Assembly (NCBI GenBank): GCA_965649765.1
Contig: OZ287755.1
Span: 59,396,001-59,460,000, forward strand
DNA from: Bispira polyomma
Taxonomy: Eukaryota
DNA length: 64,000 nucleotides
Reading direction: 5' to 3'
Part shown: positions 1-13,859 of the stretch, in pieces
Numbering within the stretch: position 1 is the stretch's first letter
Layout of the letters: the number at the start of each line of letters is the position of its first letter
The notes under the pieces: model-generated
What the model saw: the letters and a program-made list of their open reading frames with translations, nothing else
The model's database searches: none
What the model was told of the DNA's origin: nothing
Translations under genes and position numbers: made by a program

Positions 1-1605
1 ACACAAGAAGTTTGATCAGATTGAGTCACTTTGCTTTAATAATATAACCACTTAAAATTATAAATGAAGGAAACTAGATGCTATAAGTAAATTTAACTGG
101 ATAGTCATTAGAGAAAAATAGGTATATCTCCTCCATTTTAGTATGAACTAAAAGTGTGATCTGGCATGGAAGTTTCTTTTTGTGATTTCTGCATGTTAGT
201 TAAAATCCCTTTCATTTACGGTTTTTAATGAAATACAAATACATTTAATACAAGATATGCTTTTCTAATGCTTGTTGATTGTATATTGAAATGTTTTTTT
301 TAATAGTGTCATGCTTGCTTTAATATATCAAAGCCAGTTTCCTAAATGACAAAACAGATCGGTTCGTTTTGTACTAACTCAAATGTTATGGTCATTTTAA
401 CTCCATGATTTTATCGGAGTACACTACCAACACTGTTTTCCTACTGATAGTTGTTGAGTTAACTCCATCAAATTTCATATTAATGTGAAATCAAAAGATT
501 TATTTATTTCACCCCCCAAAAAAAAAAAATTTAGGTGAAAACAATTTTACATTTTTATTTTATGTAAATAGAACTTACCGGGTTTCAGAGTGAATGCAAG
601 TATTCTATTTACTCTGCTAATTAACTGATGCAGTGATTATGTACTGATGTGAGTTGTGTGACCTTCATTTATAGAAGCCAGGCGTGGTTGACACTGATAG
701 CTCTTTAAGGGTTCTTCCGCTAGGGGAATGATAGTGGCCTGTGGGGCATATTGTGCGACATATTGGTTCAATCCCAGCATAGGGCAACCAGGTTACAGAA
801 ACATACACAGTGGCTTGGATGACCAGTTTAAACAATGGTCCTATAGTTTTGGGCCATATATCTCCCCATGACAAACTAAACAATTCTAAGCAGGTTGATA
901 AATGGTCCATCATTAACCGTTTTAACTTCAACGGAAAACTATCGCTGGAAGCCGAAATTGAAATATACTTGCCATCAATAAAGGGGTCGAAAGGGCCTCG
1001 GTCTTCTGTAAGTAACTTACTGGTACTAATCGACTATTAGCGCTGTCACAACAGCCATTATAATGTGTCGCTTAGTTGATGACTGATAGTCGTGTCAACA
1101 GATTAGTCTCTTATATATTCTTTTCTACTTTTTTTCTACAGCATTCATGTCACAAATTGTCCCTGATATTATAATTTACTGTATCCACCACAAAAACAAA
1201 ATATATTATGTTTTAATAAATTGTGTGCAGTTTTTGTTTTATTTCACTTTTTGTACTGTTTTATGTGTGTATCTCAGTTTCAAAAAGGTTATTTTGTACC
1301 ATTTGTTTTCATCATTGGCCCTTTTGGCAATAATATACACTTATTCAGTCAGGAAACAACCCAACATAAAAAATAAGTTTAAGAACAGCTGCACAAAAGG
1401 TACGGAGTTGAGTCTAAAAATAGAGCAAATATAACCTTGTCGATACAAGTTACCATAAGCAACAAATATGTGAGACAAATACAAAAAGAATTTGCTCTAG
1501 ATTTTAGATACAAATTCTGACAATTCCTTCATTGCTTATGTAATCTCACCATTGATTGAGCAGTTTTTTTTCAAAGACACAATGCCGATGACCTGTGTTC
1601 ATCTG

Positions 1606-1851
1606 GGCCCGTATTCTCAAACGTATACTCAACTTAAACTTAAATTTATACTCAACTTATAGCCTATGTGGATATCATGGTACATGGAAATAACCTATAC
1701 TTGTGACCATTCATTTTAATAGAGCTTTTAACCCTGAATTCAAATTTGAGATATATAGATTTTAGATATATTCGCAGTATCCAGAGTTGTAGAGAATCCA
1801 GATTGAGTTGAGTATGAATTTGAGCAGAGTATTCGTTCGAGAATACCAGCC
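1606..1851. mobile_element. MITE with ~25 bp TIRs, PIF/Harbinger-like
   Basis: The left end GGCCCGTATTCTCAAACGTATACTC is an imperfect inverted repeat of the right end (reverse complement GGCTGGTATTCTCGAACGAATACTC). CTG flanks both sides (1603-1605, 1852-1854). Confidence 0.65.
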
Positions 1852-2057
1852 CTGACCTGTTTGAGGGCCCGAGGAACTATTGATAGAACCTTGTACCCCC
1901 TTTTTTTAAAGCTGTTGATACAATCGACTCTTAACACACCATTATAGCTTATAGCAATAAAGCACAAAAGTGTCCATGCCACTCATCCTCTCATTATGTG
2001 TGTATAACATGGATCCTGGTGCAGTTTATTACAAATTGTTACACATTGTTAGTGATC

Positions 2058-2370
2058 CCTTGTGGCCTAGTGGTTAGGGTGTTGGTCTGATGTTCAGAAG
2101 GTCCCCGGTTCTATTCCCGGTACTGGGCACTAGTTGCATTTGGTGGAATAACATCCTTAGGCAAAATATGAACACAAGTTTGCCCAGTGGCTCGAATGAC
2201 CACATAAAATGGCGGTCCTCTGTCATTGAGTAATATCTACAGTGGTAGATTAAAGATCATTGATAAATAGTCAGCAATATGCACCTCCACGTTCATAGTG
2301 GCTACCCATGAGGAAGCGCATTTGACACAGCCCTGAGTTGCATAAGTCTGCTATAACAAATGTCTTATTT
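2058..2370 (+). mobile_element. tRNA-headed SINE, second family (degenerate)
   Basis: A-box-like GTGGCCTAGTGGTTAGG and B-box-like GGTTCTATTCCC, followed by a central ATCCTTAGGCAAAATATGAACAC that resembles 17540-17565. Boundaries are approximate. Confidence 0.55.
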
Positions 2371-2683
2371 TATTTCATTTCATCCATTTCATTAGTCCAT
2401 TTCACATTGGGTTTGCATTATCATTGTGTATATGTTTGCTAAATTGTGCTAAAAACTTCGAAACTAGATTTGGTCCAGATTTATGAATATTGCATACCAT
2501 TTAAATGTTAATAGAAACCCTGTCAAAATCGTATTTTATTTTGCATTTTTAACACGCCTTATTGGTGCGAGGCATCTTCTAAAGCACAAAGACAGAATCA
2601 CTCAATCAATCAAGATGTCCAAAAACATAGCCAAGTAGTGAGGAAGCATGTGGGAAAGTACAAAGAGGGAAATTATGGAAGAG

Positions 2684-2745
2684 CGGGGGGGGTGGGGGGG
2701 GGTGGGGGGGGGTGGGGGGGGTGGGGGGTGGGGGGGGGGGGTGGG
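2684..2745 (+). repeat. G-rich simple repeat (G-runs separated by single T)
   Basis: Seen directly. Confidence 0.9.
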
Positions 2746-3241
2746 TGTTAAGCGAGTTGAAAAGATGGGCTTTAAGTTTCCTCCTAAACAGCGAAAGTGT
2801 TTTTCAGTGACCTAAGCTCAAGTAGGAGATTGTTAATGAGAATATTTATGATGCTTAATCAGCACATTTCATTTATTCGATAAAATATTCTAATACATAT
2901 CGAAAAGCTTTTGCTCAAAATAATTAATGAGTTGCTATTAATACTACGAAGCTTGCCACCAAAGGATCTACCAGGTACATCTAGTTAAATCTTTCAATTT
3001 TAAAGGTTGCTTCCACCTGTAGGGAATATTTCCCGAACTAATGAGGCATCTAATCTGTGCTGGTGACCCGCATCAATACCGGATAGAGGTAATCAGCCAT
3101 TAAGTGCAACGGAAACCTGTTGTACCCCAGTACAATACTAGATGTGCTAAAATCGTCTTAAGCTCAAATAAGAAAACTGACAAAGTAATCTTTTTTATGA
3201 CCACTTACAGTTCACGACATCAATATTGTGGCGCTATAGAA

Positions 3242-3495
3242 TTTGAATTTGGATATTTATCACCACCCTAGTACCTGTTTAGGTTATATTGGGATTGGGA
3301 TAGGTAGTTGGAAACGCTAGAGTAAACACTGCATACAGTTGATCAAGGCTCTGCACTGAAACCAGCGGCCCACAATAAGGAATTACCACCTTTCCCACAT
3401 AGGCATCGACAGTATTCAAACTCACGCCGCCCAGAGGTGAGAGACCAGTGATTGTGAAGCGCAATGCTTGCTAACCACTAGGCCACCGCAGCCCC
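3242..3495 (-). mobile_element. tRNA-derived SINE family A, copy 1
   Basis: Reverse complement matches the copies at 15202, 16432, 18477 and 53758. TSD TGGCGCTATAGAA at 3229-3241 and 3498-3510. Confidence 0.92.
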
Positions 3496-6400
3496 TATGG
3501 CGCTATAGAAGTAAAAAGATTAACATTAGGCGTTTATTATCACTTTATATATTGTGTATTTATAAATTATATAAACATTTATTTCCTTTAATACATTACT
3601 TGTACTGGTACAGGGCTATATAGTACAATAATGAGCTATAGAGAATAGCTATGGTTACTGTAAATATGGTACACCTGTTACATTTAAAATCATTTTCTCC
3701 AAAATATTTTTCTAAAATGAAAACAATAGTGAGCTGTAAGTTACAAAAAAGTGTAATTAACTATGACTAACATAAACTTGCCAATTATTGTAAAAAGAAC
3801 AGGGGTTAATTCTTTTATTAGAAACTTCTAAAAGGCTCAAGAGTTCGACCATCTTCCACAATTGCTCCTTCTATTCACTAATGTCTCCTTGGATACCACT
3901 TTCTTCCATTCCCTGGCTTGATTATTTGTGAATAATTTATTCTTTGCTATGCTTAGAATTGGTTCCAATACGAAGATTGAGTGCTATAAGATGTTTAATT
4001 GGATTAAATATACATATTTGCATCTCTTCAAATGTGAAATAAGTCATACTTTTAGTAGTACATGTTATGTTACAGTCAATTTGTGTAAATGAGGGATTTC
4101 GTGAAATTTCTAGAAATGTTAGGAATTTTATGAAATTCCTGATTTTGTCAGTGATGTCACGATTTAACCCTAATAAATGTTATGCATACTTTACTTACTG
4201 GAATAATGAAATACACTTACTTTTCTAGTGATTAAAATTAAGTAATAATCAAAAGTGGGGCAGTTGATGTCATATAGTAACAAGTTCATGCAATTTTAAT
4301 ATGTTCACTTCAACTACAATTTTCGTTTTTTATACAATATGAGTAATAAGTCTAGTAGTTGAATGATGTGCATGGAAGACTCATTGCTATTATGGATATG
4401 TCATCAGCAAGTGCCATAAAAGCAGGTTGCATAGTCGTTCCATTTGTATTTCAGAAATTGGATTATTAACGGAAGTGTCAGGCTTTATAGTACATTAAAT
4501 ATGCATTTATACCTTTTTACATAGATACAGCTATTGGACACCAAATAATACAATACCAAACACGCTATGCACATACAATGCATTAAATTAATTAAATACT
4601 CAGGGATCAATTAGTGAAGTATATGTTAACATCAATAGCAATGAACTTTTTGCCAATTCTTATAAATAATTTTTGTTTTAACTTCCGTTTCTTTTTTTGT
4701 AGATTAATCGAAAAGATGTTAATTTATTCTACTAAGAATAGGCTATGTAAAATAAAAATTTAGTTACCTCCACTTAAGTAATTGAACAAATGGCCCTTTT
4801 TCAGAAAAAAATATGCAATATATAAAGATAAGTAATTTCATTGATTCACTCAAATTAAATTCTGCTTATAACATATACTAATTAGTAGGGTTATGACCAA
4901 GATAGTGTGAACTATTTCTGTGAATGTAAGTTTTTTTGAAGATCAACAATTGTGTACTAGGAAGTGTTATTAATTGTTTTCCACCCCATAAAACATAAGA
5001 CACTTTATCAATAGGATAATCTCATCGTTTCACAATGTGTTGTAATTGTTTTTGTAAATTTTATTTGAAATGATTTTTTACAAGTAAATCAGATAGAACA
5101 TCAGGACCGATCTCTCCATACCCCTTTTTTTAGCAGTTATTTTATGATCAATGACAAACACCCCCAGGACATTGAACCTGTCACCCAGGCATTAGTTGCT
5201 TCTCACAATGGTTTTCATGTACTCATTTTTTGTTTACTGGACAAAGATGTCATCGGTTTTGTTTTTGCTGGCCAATTTAAAAAAAAATTATATTAATAAT
5301 AATAATACCCTCTAAGGCACTAATATCCAAAGAGGGAAAGTCTCGGGGCAACAAAAGGTCATTACCAGAAAAGCATCCACCAAGGGATAGGTAAATAAGG
5401 AAGGGGGGGGGAGGGGGAGTTTAGGGCAGTCTAAAACGGTAAATGCCTTGTTCATGCAAATGTCTTCTCACTGTTTTAGTTGAGACTCTGACTTATGGAA
5501 GCAGTCCCTAAAGTTATGCCCCTTTATCAAGTGATTGTAACAGTTCACAATCTCCACCATTGTTTTAGGGAGGGTTAGTATGGCCTTTTTTAGATGAAAT
5601 ACTAGACCAAGTATTCTGCCGCCAATACCGGCTTTTTAAACTGATGTATAGCTGATTGGCGACAGAGCGGCTACCATAAGCAAATTGGTGTAATTCAAAA
5701 TCGGCACATATAGATATAGAATCTGGTAATCTCATTCCTTATATATGATATAGTGGCCCATTTTCTGTTATTTCATGCCGACATGGTACATGTCAATTAA
5801 TATAAATACTAAACCACAAACATTGCCACCACTCTGTCGGCCATTTTAAGTCAGGCTAAATTTACGTTTTTGTAATGGTTTTTATCCAGGCCCTTTTCGT
5901 GATTCAGCCGTCAAAATAACATTAAGAAAGCGCGCTAAAAAGGGACGGATTATTCGGTACATACATTTTCATACCCAATAAAAGACATACAAATATCAGT
6001 TTCAAATATTTAAATAGCACCAGTGCGATGAATTTCACTCCTGATAAAAAGTATACAAATATGAGTTTCAACTTCTATTAGCACTAGTTCGATGAAAATG
6101 GCTTCATTCTATAATTAAGACACAATAGTGTGTAAATAATTCACTTTTATCTATCCCACATTAACTCTTGCAATTTCATTGCTTTGAGATCTAACTGACT
6201 TTTATTTACCCAGCCATTATAACTGCAATCGTATGGGAAGAGGAAATAAGTCACGACCCATTTGGAACATCAATTAGCCAAGGCAAATATCCGTAGAAAT
6301 GGACAACATAGTTATAACAGACAATAGTAAGATGTATCGGTTGTAACAATGTTAGTCAAAATAAAAGATAAAAATATAATGTATCTAAACAATATTAAAG

Positions 6401-7501
6401 AATGTACAAATTCATTAAGGTAAACCAACGTATATATTGTATGTTAATGTTTCATGTTGATAAAATAGTATTAACAACCAGAGATAGTATATTCACAATG
6501 GCCAAGCCAAGACTTTGTCTTAGATGTTGTAAAAATTGTGTGCTAGATTTAAGATGATGTCTGGGCTTAGCACTTTTGTGAATGCTGCCCCAGTGTTGAT
6601 ATCTGTCAGTTTAATAAACAGGTGACTTCAATCTGTCACAGTTGTTTTATTTTCCTATTACTATCGTATATGAACAATATTCCTGTATATGTCAGGATCC
6701 GACGATGATTTTGATCCCTATGGCATGTTTGTACAAGGTCCCATTGCCTCAGTGATGTAGTTCGCTTACCCCCCTTTGTACCTTGCATGTACACCCTGTA
6801 TCCTTCTTTATGACCGTTGCTATGTTTTTAAAACTTTCTCTATTTGTATTGGTTAATTGATTCTGTTGTCGCACTTCATATTGATGCCTTGCGTCAATAA
6901 GGTGCGATAAAATGCATAATATTCGCGTCCCTTCTGTGCCATCATGGGTTCAAATCTTATCTTTAGGGCCTATGTTGGGACCGTAGACGGCAGTAGACTT
7001 TTTCTGAAAGGCCGTTGGTTTTGCACAGCCGAAAACCTTTACCAACTACCCTGTCCTGATCTCCGACACCAGTGAAAACCGTCCTGTACTGATACTATAT
7101 CAATCATGTTGAAAGCGATGCTAAATCGAAATCTAATTTTTACGACAATCTTACAATATGTTGATAAGTAGAACCTCTATTATCCGAACATATTTGAAGA
7201 GCAAGATGATATTGTTCAGATAATCTAATCTAATCAAACTTTTGTAGGGTTTAATATCCAATAAGGTAGATTTTAAGGCACATATCATGTTCAAGTCTCG
7301 CAACGTCCTTTTCTGGAAGGTGGTCCATAAGAAAAGGGTCATAAAACAAAAGAGGTATTTTTGTATAATGGCATAAAAAGTCATAACTTCGAAAGAGTGG
7401 AGGGATGAGTCCATTAAATGTAAATAATGTGGATAACAGAGGCTTTTACTGTACATATTATTGACCTTCACCTTGTCTTCTCTTTTCTTGTATTACTTCA
7501 G

Positions 7502-7741
7502 AACCACAATGAGGAATGCAATTATACATTAGTGCCCTGCCCCAGGGAATGTGATGCCGAATTCGAACGGCGGTTCCTGAATCGCCACATGAAGAATGAC
7601 TGTCCCAACCGTGACATTGAGTGTGACTTCTGCCATGCAGCCATAAAGCAGAAAGATGAGGTTGACCATCTCAAAGAGTGTACCTTGTTTCCAGTACCAT
7701 GTCCTAATGGCTGCAAAAAGAAAGAGGTTCTTCGTGGAGAG
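7502..7741 (+). CDS. TRAF-family gene, internal exon (TRAF-type zinc fingers)
   Basis: ttcag| acceptor and |gtatgt donor. Encodes NHNEECNYTLVPCPRECDAEFERRFLNRHMKNDCPNRDIECDFC...HLKECTLFPVPCPNGC, typical zf-TRAF repeats. Phase 0/0. Confidence 0.92.
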
Positions 7742-8495
7742 GTATGTGATAAATATAATTTTATCAGGCACAGCCTGATATTGTTTTCATTCTGAAAAGG
7801 GTACCACCATCTTAGAAGATAATTCAAAATACGTTAGGCCTTCCTGGATTGGTTGGAAGCAATCGGCCCAGACAAACTAAGCGGTGTCAGAGATTTATTG
7901 TTATCAGGTGGAGCCCATGGACTAAATATTTATAGTGGCCATATCAACGTTTGTGTATTTCACACTGTGTCCTTTTCAAAAGACAACTCTTGTTTATCTG
8001 TAGAAGGGGCTACTGTGGCCTAGTGGTTAGAAGAGCTTGCTGATAATCACCACCAATGTGGGTTTAAATCCAGTTCATCAATTCGTATAGAAAAAGTTTG
8101 TCAGCTACTTGCTATAGGGATTCTTCCACCCAACTGAATTCAAATTTACCAGAAGTTACCCATGTCAAAGGCAAGGTTTTAAAGGGAGGAAACCATTCTC
8201 GTGGAGAAATACCTCAGTAAACAGCCAAGTATCGCTTATTATACCGATAGCCTAAATATCCCAATATACACACAACTACATATTTAACAATTTTTTAAAA
8301 TGAATTCTTGAATCTAAACATTTCTATTATTTACTATTCTACTATATTTAACATATTTTCTATGTGTAACAGACTATATTATGCAAATTATGTATTGGAA
8401 CTATATTTTATTTCCCCCCACAACGCTAAGCGGTATCAGTGAAGGGTGACAAGAGAAAGGTATGTTAAAATAAAACTGTACTTTTTTGTTTGTAG

Positions 8496-8573
8496 CTTAA
8501 AAAACATATGGAAATGGAATGTTCAAAACAGGACATAGAATGCCCATTTGCTGAAGCTGGCTGTGATTATATG
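8496..8573 (+). CDS. TRAF-family gene, internal exon (zinc finger; not in ORF track)
   Basis: tgtag| acceptor and |gtaaac donor. Encodes LKKHMEMECSKQDIECPFAEAGCDYM. Phase 0/0, in frame with both neighbours. Confidence 0.9.
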
Positions 8574-8794
8574 GTAAACTTAGCATTTTACAATTTACAT
8601 CATATTAATACTATATTAATATAGTAAAAGTTTGTCAACTATCTTATATATGTATATATAGTCTGTGTATATACATATTTAAATAAAATCTAAAATACTA
8701 TGTGTTATGACAACATATACAATAGTAGATATGTTATAAAGTACCTAATAAGCCCAAGTAATGTTGAGCTGGCTGTATCTGGCTGGCTGTATCT

Positions 8795-9190
8795 GTGTGA
8801 AGCAGGTGGCACTATAATAAATCTTTTCTTTCTCTCTCTGTGTTGAAGGCATTTACCGTCATGTCTATAAGTTTTGCTGCAGTGACCCCAAAATTCTAGA
8901 TTTCACTGAGCACAAACTAGGAAGGGTAAGCGAGGATGAAGAGATAGGTCTTAGCGTTACTTCTAAAGCCAGGAAGGGTTTCGTGGGATCTTATATTGGT
9001 TGGTAAATTATTCTACGGGGTAGGTGCTGCAACAGAGAAGGCATAGTATTCTATCCATTTACTGGTTCTGGTATCAGAGACTGAAATCATGTTTCCCCTG
9101 GTAGGACTTCTGAAACACAACAATATATGCGGGCAAGATATGGGTGCTGACAAAGGTTGCCAGCTTTGTATGTGAAAACATCGGTCATGA
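8795..9190 (-). mobile_element. L2/CR1-type LINE 3' fragment (intronic)
   Basis: The minus strand resembles the 'AFSVAAP..WN.LP..IR....F...LKT.LF' C-terminus and the copies at 10340-10630 and 13860-14230. Confidence 0.6.
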
Positions 9191-9237
9191 AAATGATGCA
9201 GTACTATTATTATAAAAAAGGCATACTTTCTTTACAG

Positions 9238-9393
9238 TGCACCAGAAAAGAAATGGACAAACACATGAAAGAAAAGCCAGAGATTCACCTGGAATACGTG
9301 GGGAGAACTTTGAAGCTGTACAAAGAAATCCTGGATGAACACAAAGAGGTTTTGGACAACCAAACAGAACGTCTGGTCACCTTAGAGAGCAAG
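9238..9393 (+). CDS. TRAF-family gene, internal exon (zinc finger end and coiled coil)
   Basis: ttacag| acceptor and |gtagag donor. Encodes CTRKEMDKHMKEKPEIHLE...LVTLESK. Confidence 0.88.
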
Positions 9394-10339
9394 GTAGAGT
9401 GTTTGACAGTGTAAACTATATGTGTGATAAACAGGGAACATAGCTATTGCAATATTTATGTACTTTTTAGTTTCAGCATGACCTCACTTAAACCAACTGA
9501 GTAATAAATATCCAGATGAGTAGTTTAAATTTCAAGGATATCTACACTGTAAGACCATTGGTCTTTAGCATAAGTTTAGTGGCAACTTTCGTACATATAC
9601 AAGCCAGGTTTGAGAATCGAACACCGGCTTGCAGAGGTGGGATGCAAGTGTATCACCTCTGCACCACTAAGGCATCTGTGTACTCATTATTACCATCACC
9701 AGAGATGTTATCTTATCTCTGTCTGATTTCTTTTGGTGGTGTTTGTCACCAGCATTAGACAAAAACTACTTAACCATTTTACATGAAATATATAGCATGG
9801 GCCAAGCGATAGGGCACAGACCCCCAAAAAATCTATTTAGACTGGATCCGGATAGCCCAGATTGCCCTACCAGTTTTGGGCTTTACAAGAGGTCCATATA
9901 CACAACCCCTTTTCCTGAGTACTGTGGCCCCTTGGCAGAGGTGTGCACTTCATTAGGTACCCTGCTAGATTTTGACCTTTAAATCCATTTAAAAAATGGA
10001 TAAACACATGAAAAACAAACGTTGTCTTTTACAAAACGATATCGGTGCATAGTGTGAAATACGCTAACGTTGATATGGCCACTTTATACTGAGGCCTTCT
10101 TGACAAATACTATTTATTGATTCTATTATTCGTACAGTGATGTACATTTCAGAACATACAAAGCGACAAAAATATAGTACATTCAGAAATAAAATATTTA
10201 CAAATTTAATGTAACACAAGACTTTATATACACACACCACCACCACCAACAAGTTCAGTTTTTTATGTAATCTGACACCCCCTCAGTTTTGACTGGAGCA
10301 ATTGCTAATCCATGCTGGGGCCTTTTTTAAGAATGAAAA

Positions 10340-10630
10340 CAATTTTAGGCTGCGCTTGATAATAAGAGAGATTTGAAACTGTGCAGAGAAATCCTAGATA
10401 AAATAGGTTCATGTACATCGCCTTTTTCAACATTGGATGCTATGCTTTCCAATGTTACAACACTTACCCTATTAACTAGTTTATTAAATAATATAAGATC
10501 CCATGACACCTCTCTGGCTTTAGAAATACACATTAAGACTCATCTCTTTACCCTCGACTATTATTTTAACAACTTTGTCAATGATTTTGAACTTTAGAAG
10601 ATGCCTAGCATCAATTAGGGCCATTAAAAA
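10340..10630 (+). mobile_element. L2/CR1-type LINE 3' fragment (intronic)
   Basis: ORF 10373 ends ...NNIRSHDTSLALEIHIKTHLF. The tail CTTTAGAAGATGCCTAGCATCAA is shared with 29314-29336. Confidence 0.6.
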
Positions 10631-10688
10631 TCGATCATATCATATCATCGACAGAGGAGTGATCATCATAAGGGTCTGTGTTTTGCAG

Positions 10689-10866
10689 GTGGAATCACTT
10701 GAGAAGCTCTATGGAGCACAGCTGGTCTGGAAGGTGGATAACTACAACGATAAAGTGGTGGATGCCAAGGCGGGAAAAAAGTCCACCATATACAGCCCGC
10801 CATTTTTGTCAAGTCGCCATGGTTACAAGATGGCTCTCTCAGCCTGTCTCTATGGTGATGGAAAAG
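10689..10866 (+). CDS. TRAF-family gene, exon encoding N-half of MATH/TRAF-C domain
   Basis: ttgcag| acceptor and G|gtaagt donor (phase 1). Encodes LVWKVDNY...IYSPPFLSSRHGYKMALSACLYGDG, a hallmark TRAF MATH motif. Confidence 0.93.
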
Positions 10867-12139
10867 GTAAGTGTGTGTATACCACTTTATACTGGCCATT
10901 AGAATACTGAGTTTTAAAGACTGTTTGAATAGGAAATGTTTAAATGCATTTTCATCGTTTGTAGGTTTCTAAATTTATGACAGCACAGCTAATGTCTGCT
11001 ATGAATTCTGGGAAAAAATATCAACCCCCCCCCCCCCCCAAATATGGGCTGGATAAGGTCTATGGTCTAATTTGAGATGAATAGGATCTGAGGATAAAGT
11101 ATGACCTAGTCTTGCGATTAAATAATCTCCGACCAATGAGACATAATGACCTAATCAATGAAATACGGTACATTAGTCTTGAAAGTGGAATGTCGCACTG
11201 TATATAACAAGATAAAAATAGAAGACAGCAAGACAAATGTTTACAAAGACTGTGAAACTTTCTTTGTCGATATATTGATGATTCTTTACTAGTCTTCTAA
11301 ATTTAGATACATGGAATGCCTCATGTTTGGTTATTTGTTTATATAGCCATTATTTGCTGTTTTGTGAAGAAATAATCAATATTTTTTTTCTGTGTAAGAT
11401 GATTAAAAAAAAAATCATTTTGAAGCTTGTTTATAATGCAGTTGCATAATCTTTTATGGACGAAGATCTGAAGTAATAGCGTAGAAGTGCTTGTGCAAGC
11501 AATTTGTCTCAATTATTTTTTCTGTGAAATGGTGAGAAATTTGTCGAAACAGTTTTACGCCACACTTCTACAATCTCGCCCTTGGCATACACGCAGGAAA
11601 GTTGGCAGTTAGCTTTGCTAAAGCTGGTTCTTAATTTGAATTTGTCAAGTCTGTAACTGCACACCAATGATTGTAGAGCAGGAGAGTATGGCCTTGAAAC
11701 TGGAAAATACCATCAATAATTTTAGGAAATATCATCATAAACAATAATAGATGGCCTTCCGATATAATGAACTGAGTGCATGAGTGCTTGTCCATTATTC
11801 AGTTTGCTGAAAAAACAAAACAAAAAAACTATTGCACAGCAAACAAAAACAGTCTTTTTGCCTATATTTGTTCTTTAAATTTGCATTTTGAATGTAGTTG
11901 AGGTTTACGTCACATACATCAACAGCTTAAGTCATATTGCGACAGCCATATTGAATGGTGGAAAAAAGTAACAAAAAAGAGCAATGTAAAACCTCTGACC
12001 TACGGCAAGTATGTGACAAACTTTCCCACTTGAAGGAACAAACCAACACTGGTGAGAGGCCAGTGATTGTGAAGGAGGCACTACAAACCACTTACGCCGC
12101 CCTGACCACAAGTTGAGTGTTTTTACTGAAAACCTATGG

Positions 12140-12375
12140 CACAGTCAAAATAATATTGTCCTTCTCTACCCAGGTATATAAATGGGTACCTGGCCGCTAA
12201 TGGGTGTTAGTCTTTGTGCGCCGTATGTAGCAGCATGGCTAGTATGTTTCCTGTGAGAGAGCTGAGGCTGAACAATTGGTTGACAAGCGGAACAACCCCA
12301 GGATGGGTGTGTGAATTGTGAAATAAGATGAGACTTCGATAGAGGCGATATCAGACTATAAACCTACACACATTT
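12140..12375 (+). mobile_element. SINE fragment with Nin/Deu-like central domain
   Basis: CTCTACCCAGGTATATAAATGGGTACCTGG resembles the Nin/Deu-SINE conserved core, recognised from memory. Confidence 0.5.
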
Positions 12376-12425
12376 ACATATTTGTTCATTTAAAAACACC
12401 CCTGTTTTCTTGTTTGTATTTCTAG

Positions 12426-12754
12426 CTCGTGCGAAGTACATGTCCCTGTTCATCTGCATAATGAAGGGCGAATACGACGCCTTGCTGCCGTGGCCATTTT
12501 GTCATCGAGTGACCTTCACCTTGATAGATCAATGTCAAGATCCCGCCGCCAGGAGAAACATCACCTACTCGGTAAAGCCGAACATCTGCAAAGAAAACAA
12601 GGCCTTCCTGTCGAGGCCCGTCGGGGAAAGAAATGCCAGTTTTGGGGCCCAGAAGTTTGTGGAACTGGACGTGATGAACTCACTGGATTACATCAGAGAT
12701 GACGTCATCTATATCAAAGTGCATGTGGACAACGAGGACATGACCATGTTGTAA
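12426..12754 (+). CDS. TRAF-family gene, last exon (C-half of MATH domain); TRAF4-like
   Basis: tctag| acceptor, phase 1. Encodes MSLFICIMKGEYDALLPWPF...SFGAQKFV...YIRDDVIYIKVHVD and ends in TAA. AATAAA at 12841. Confidence 0.93.
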
Positions 12755-13859
12755 TTGATATGACTACTTTAGTATGTTACAAGCTGTATGCTATACCTAG
12801 TTTAAGGGATTACTTGGAGTGGGCGTTTTGACACCAAAAGAATAAATGTTTAAGGTGTACTTGAATAAAATCACTATTTCTTGCTTGATTTTAATCAAGA
12901 AGGTATCATTATAAAGTGTATAACACATGGAAATTAAATATTTAACAGTTACAACTGCATAATTCCAGTTGATTTATCAAACAAGTACACAGTAAATATT
13001 CCAGTTGATTATTAACAAAAATTTAACCGTGATTTATTTAATAAACCAGCTACAAATATTGTAATGTTTTTCTAATGTTGAAATCCCTGTGGTTTAAGCT
13101 TTAAAATGATACCTTATTGAATAAAAGTAAGCAAGAAATAGCAACATTGTTTTCTAGTTGGTGTAAACATGACCACGCCAACTAAACACAAAATGTCAAA
13201 ACGGCCCCTAGCCGATTCGAAACGGTAAGGGTGTCGAAACGGTCCTTAACATCTACACTAAACTGGGTTACAGTCGCCTACATTGCACATTTTGTTCGTG
13301 TATGTGTGCAGAGGGTTGAATTTAATTGGAGATTGGATTTTCTGTCCAGTGAAAGGGATACTAGAACTTTGCTGTCTAAATGCTCTAGACATGCACTTTC
13401 TTGTGAAAGAGTAATATATATATATACATATGTATAAATATATTTATCAAAATAGTTGTTCGTCTATTTAAAGATATAAATACAGTTCATATTAGCTATA
13501 TATATAAAATACATTGAACGAATTAATAACTCATCTAACTCTAACGATCTATCCAAATCTAAAAAAAAAACAAAAACCAGAAATAATACATTTCTTGAAC
13601 CAGAAAGCCACCAAATTATCCACCCACTGTACTTGTAGATATTTTTTTTGGTTTACAGATAGACAATATATATTAAGTTGAATCAATTTGATTCAAGCAT
13701 ATTGTCTCACAAGCAAGCTTTGTGATATTTCAATAATTTTTTGTTGATGTTGAAATATATATACATGTATGTGTAAAAATAAAAACTATGGTAAAAATAT
13801 GGATGTACATATATAAATCACATACGTCCTGCAGTAATAATTCATACAATTCCTTTCAG

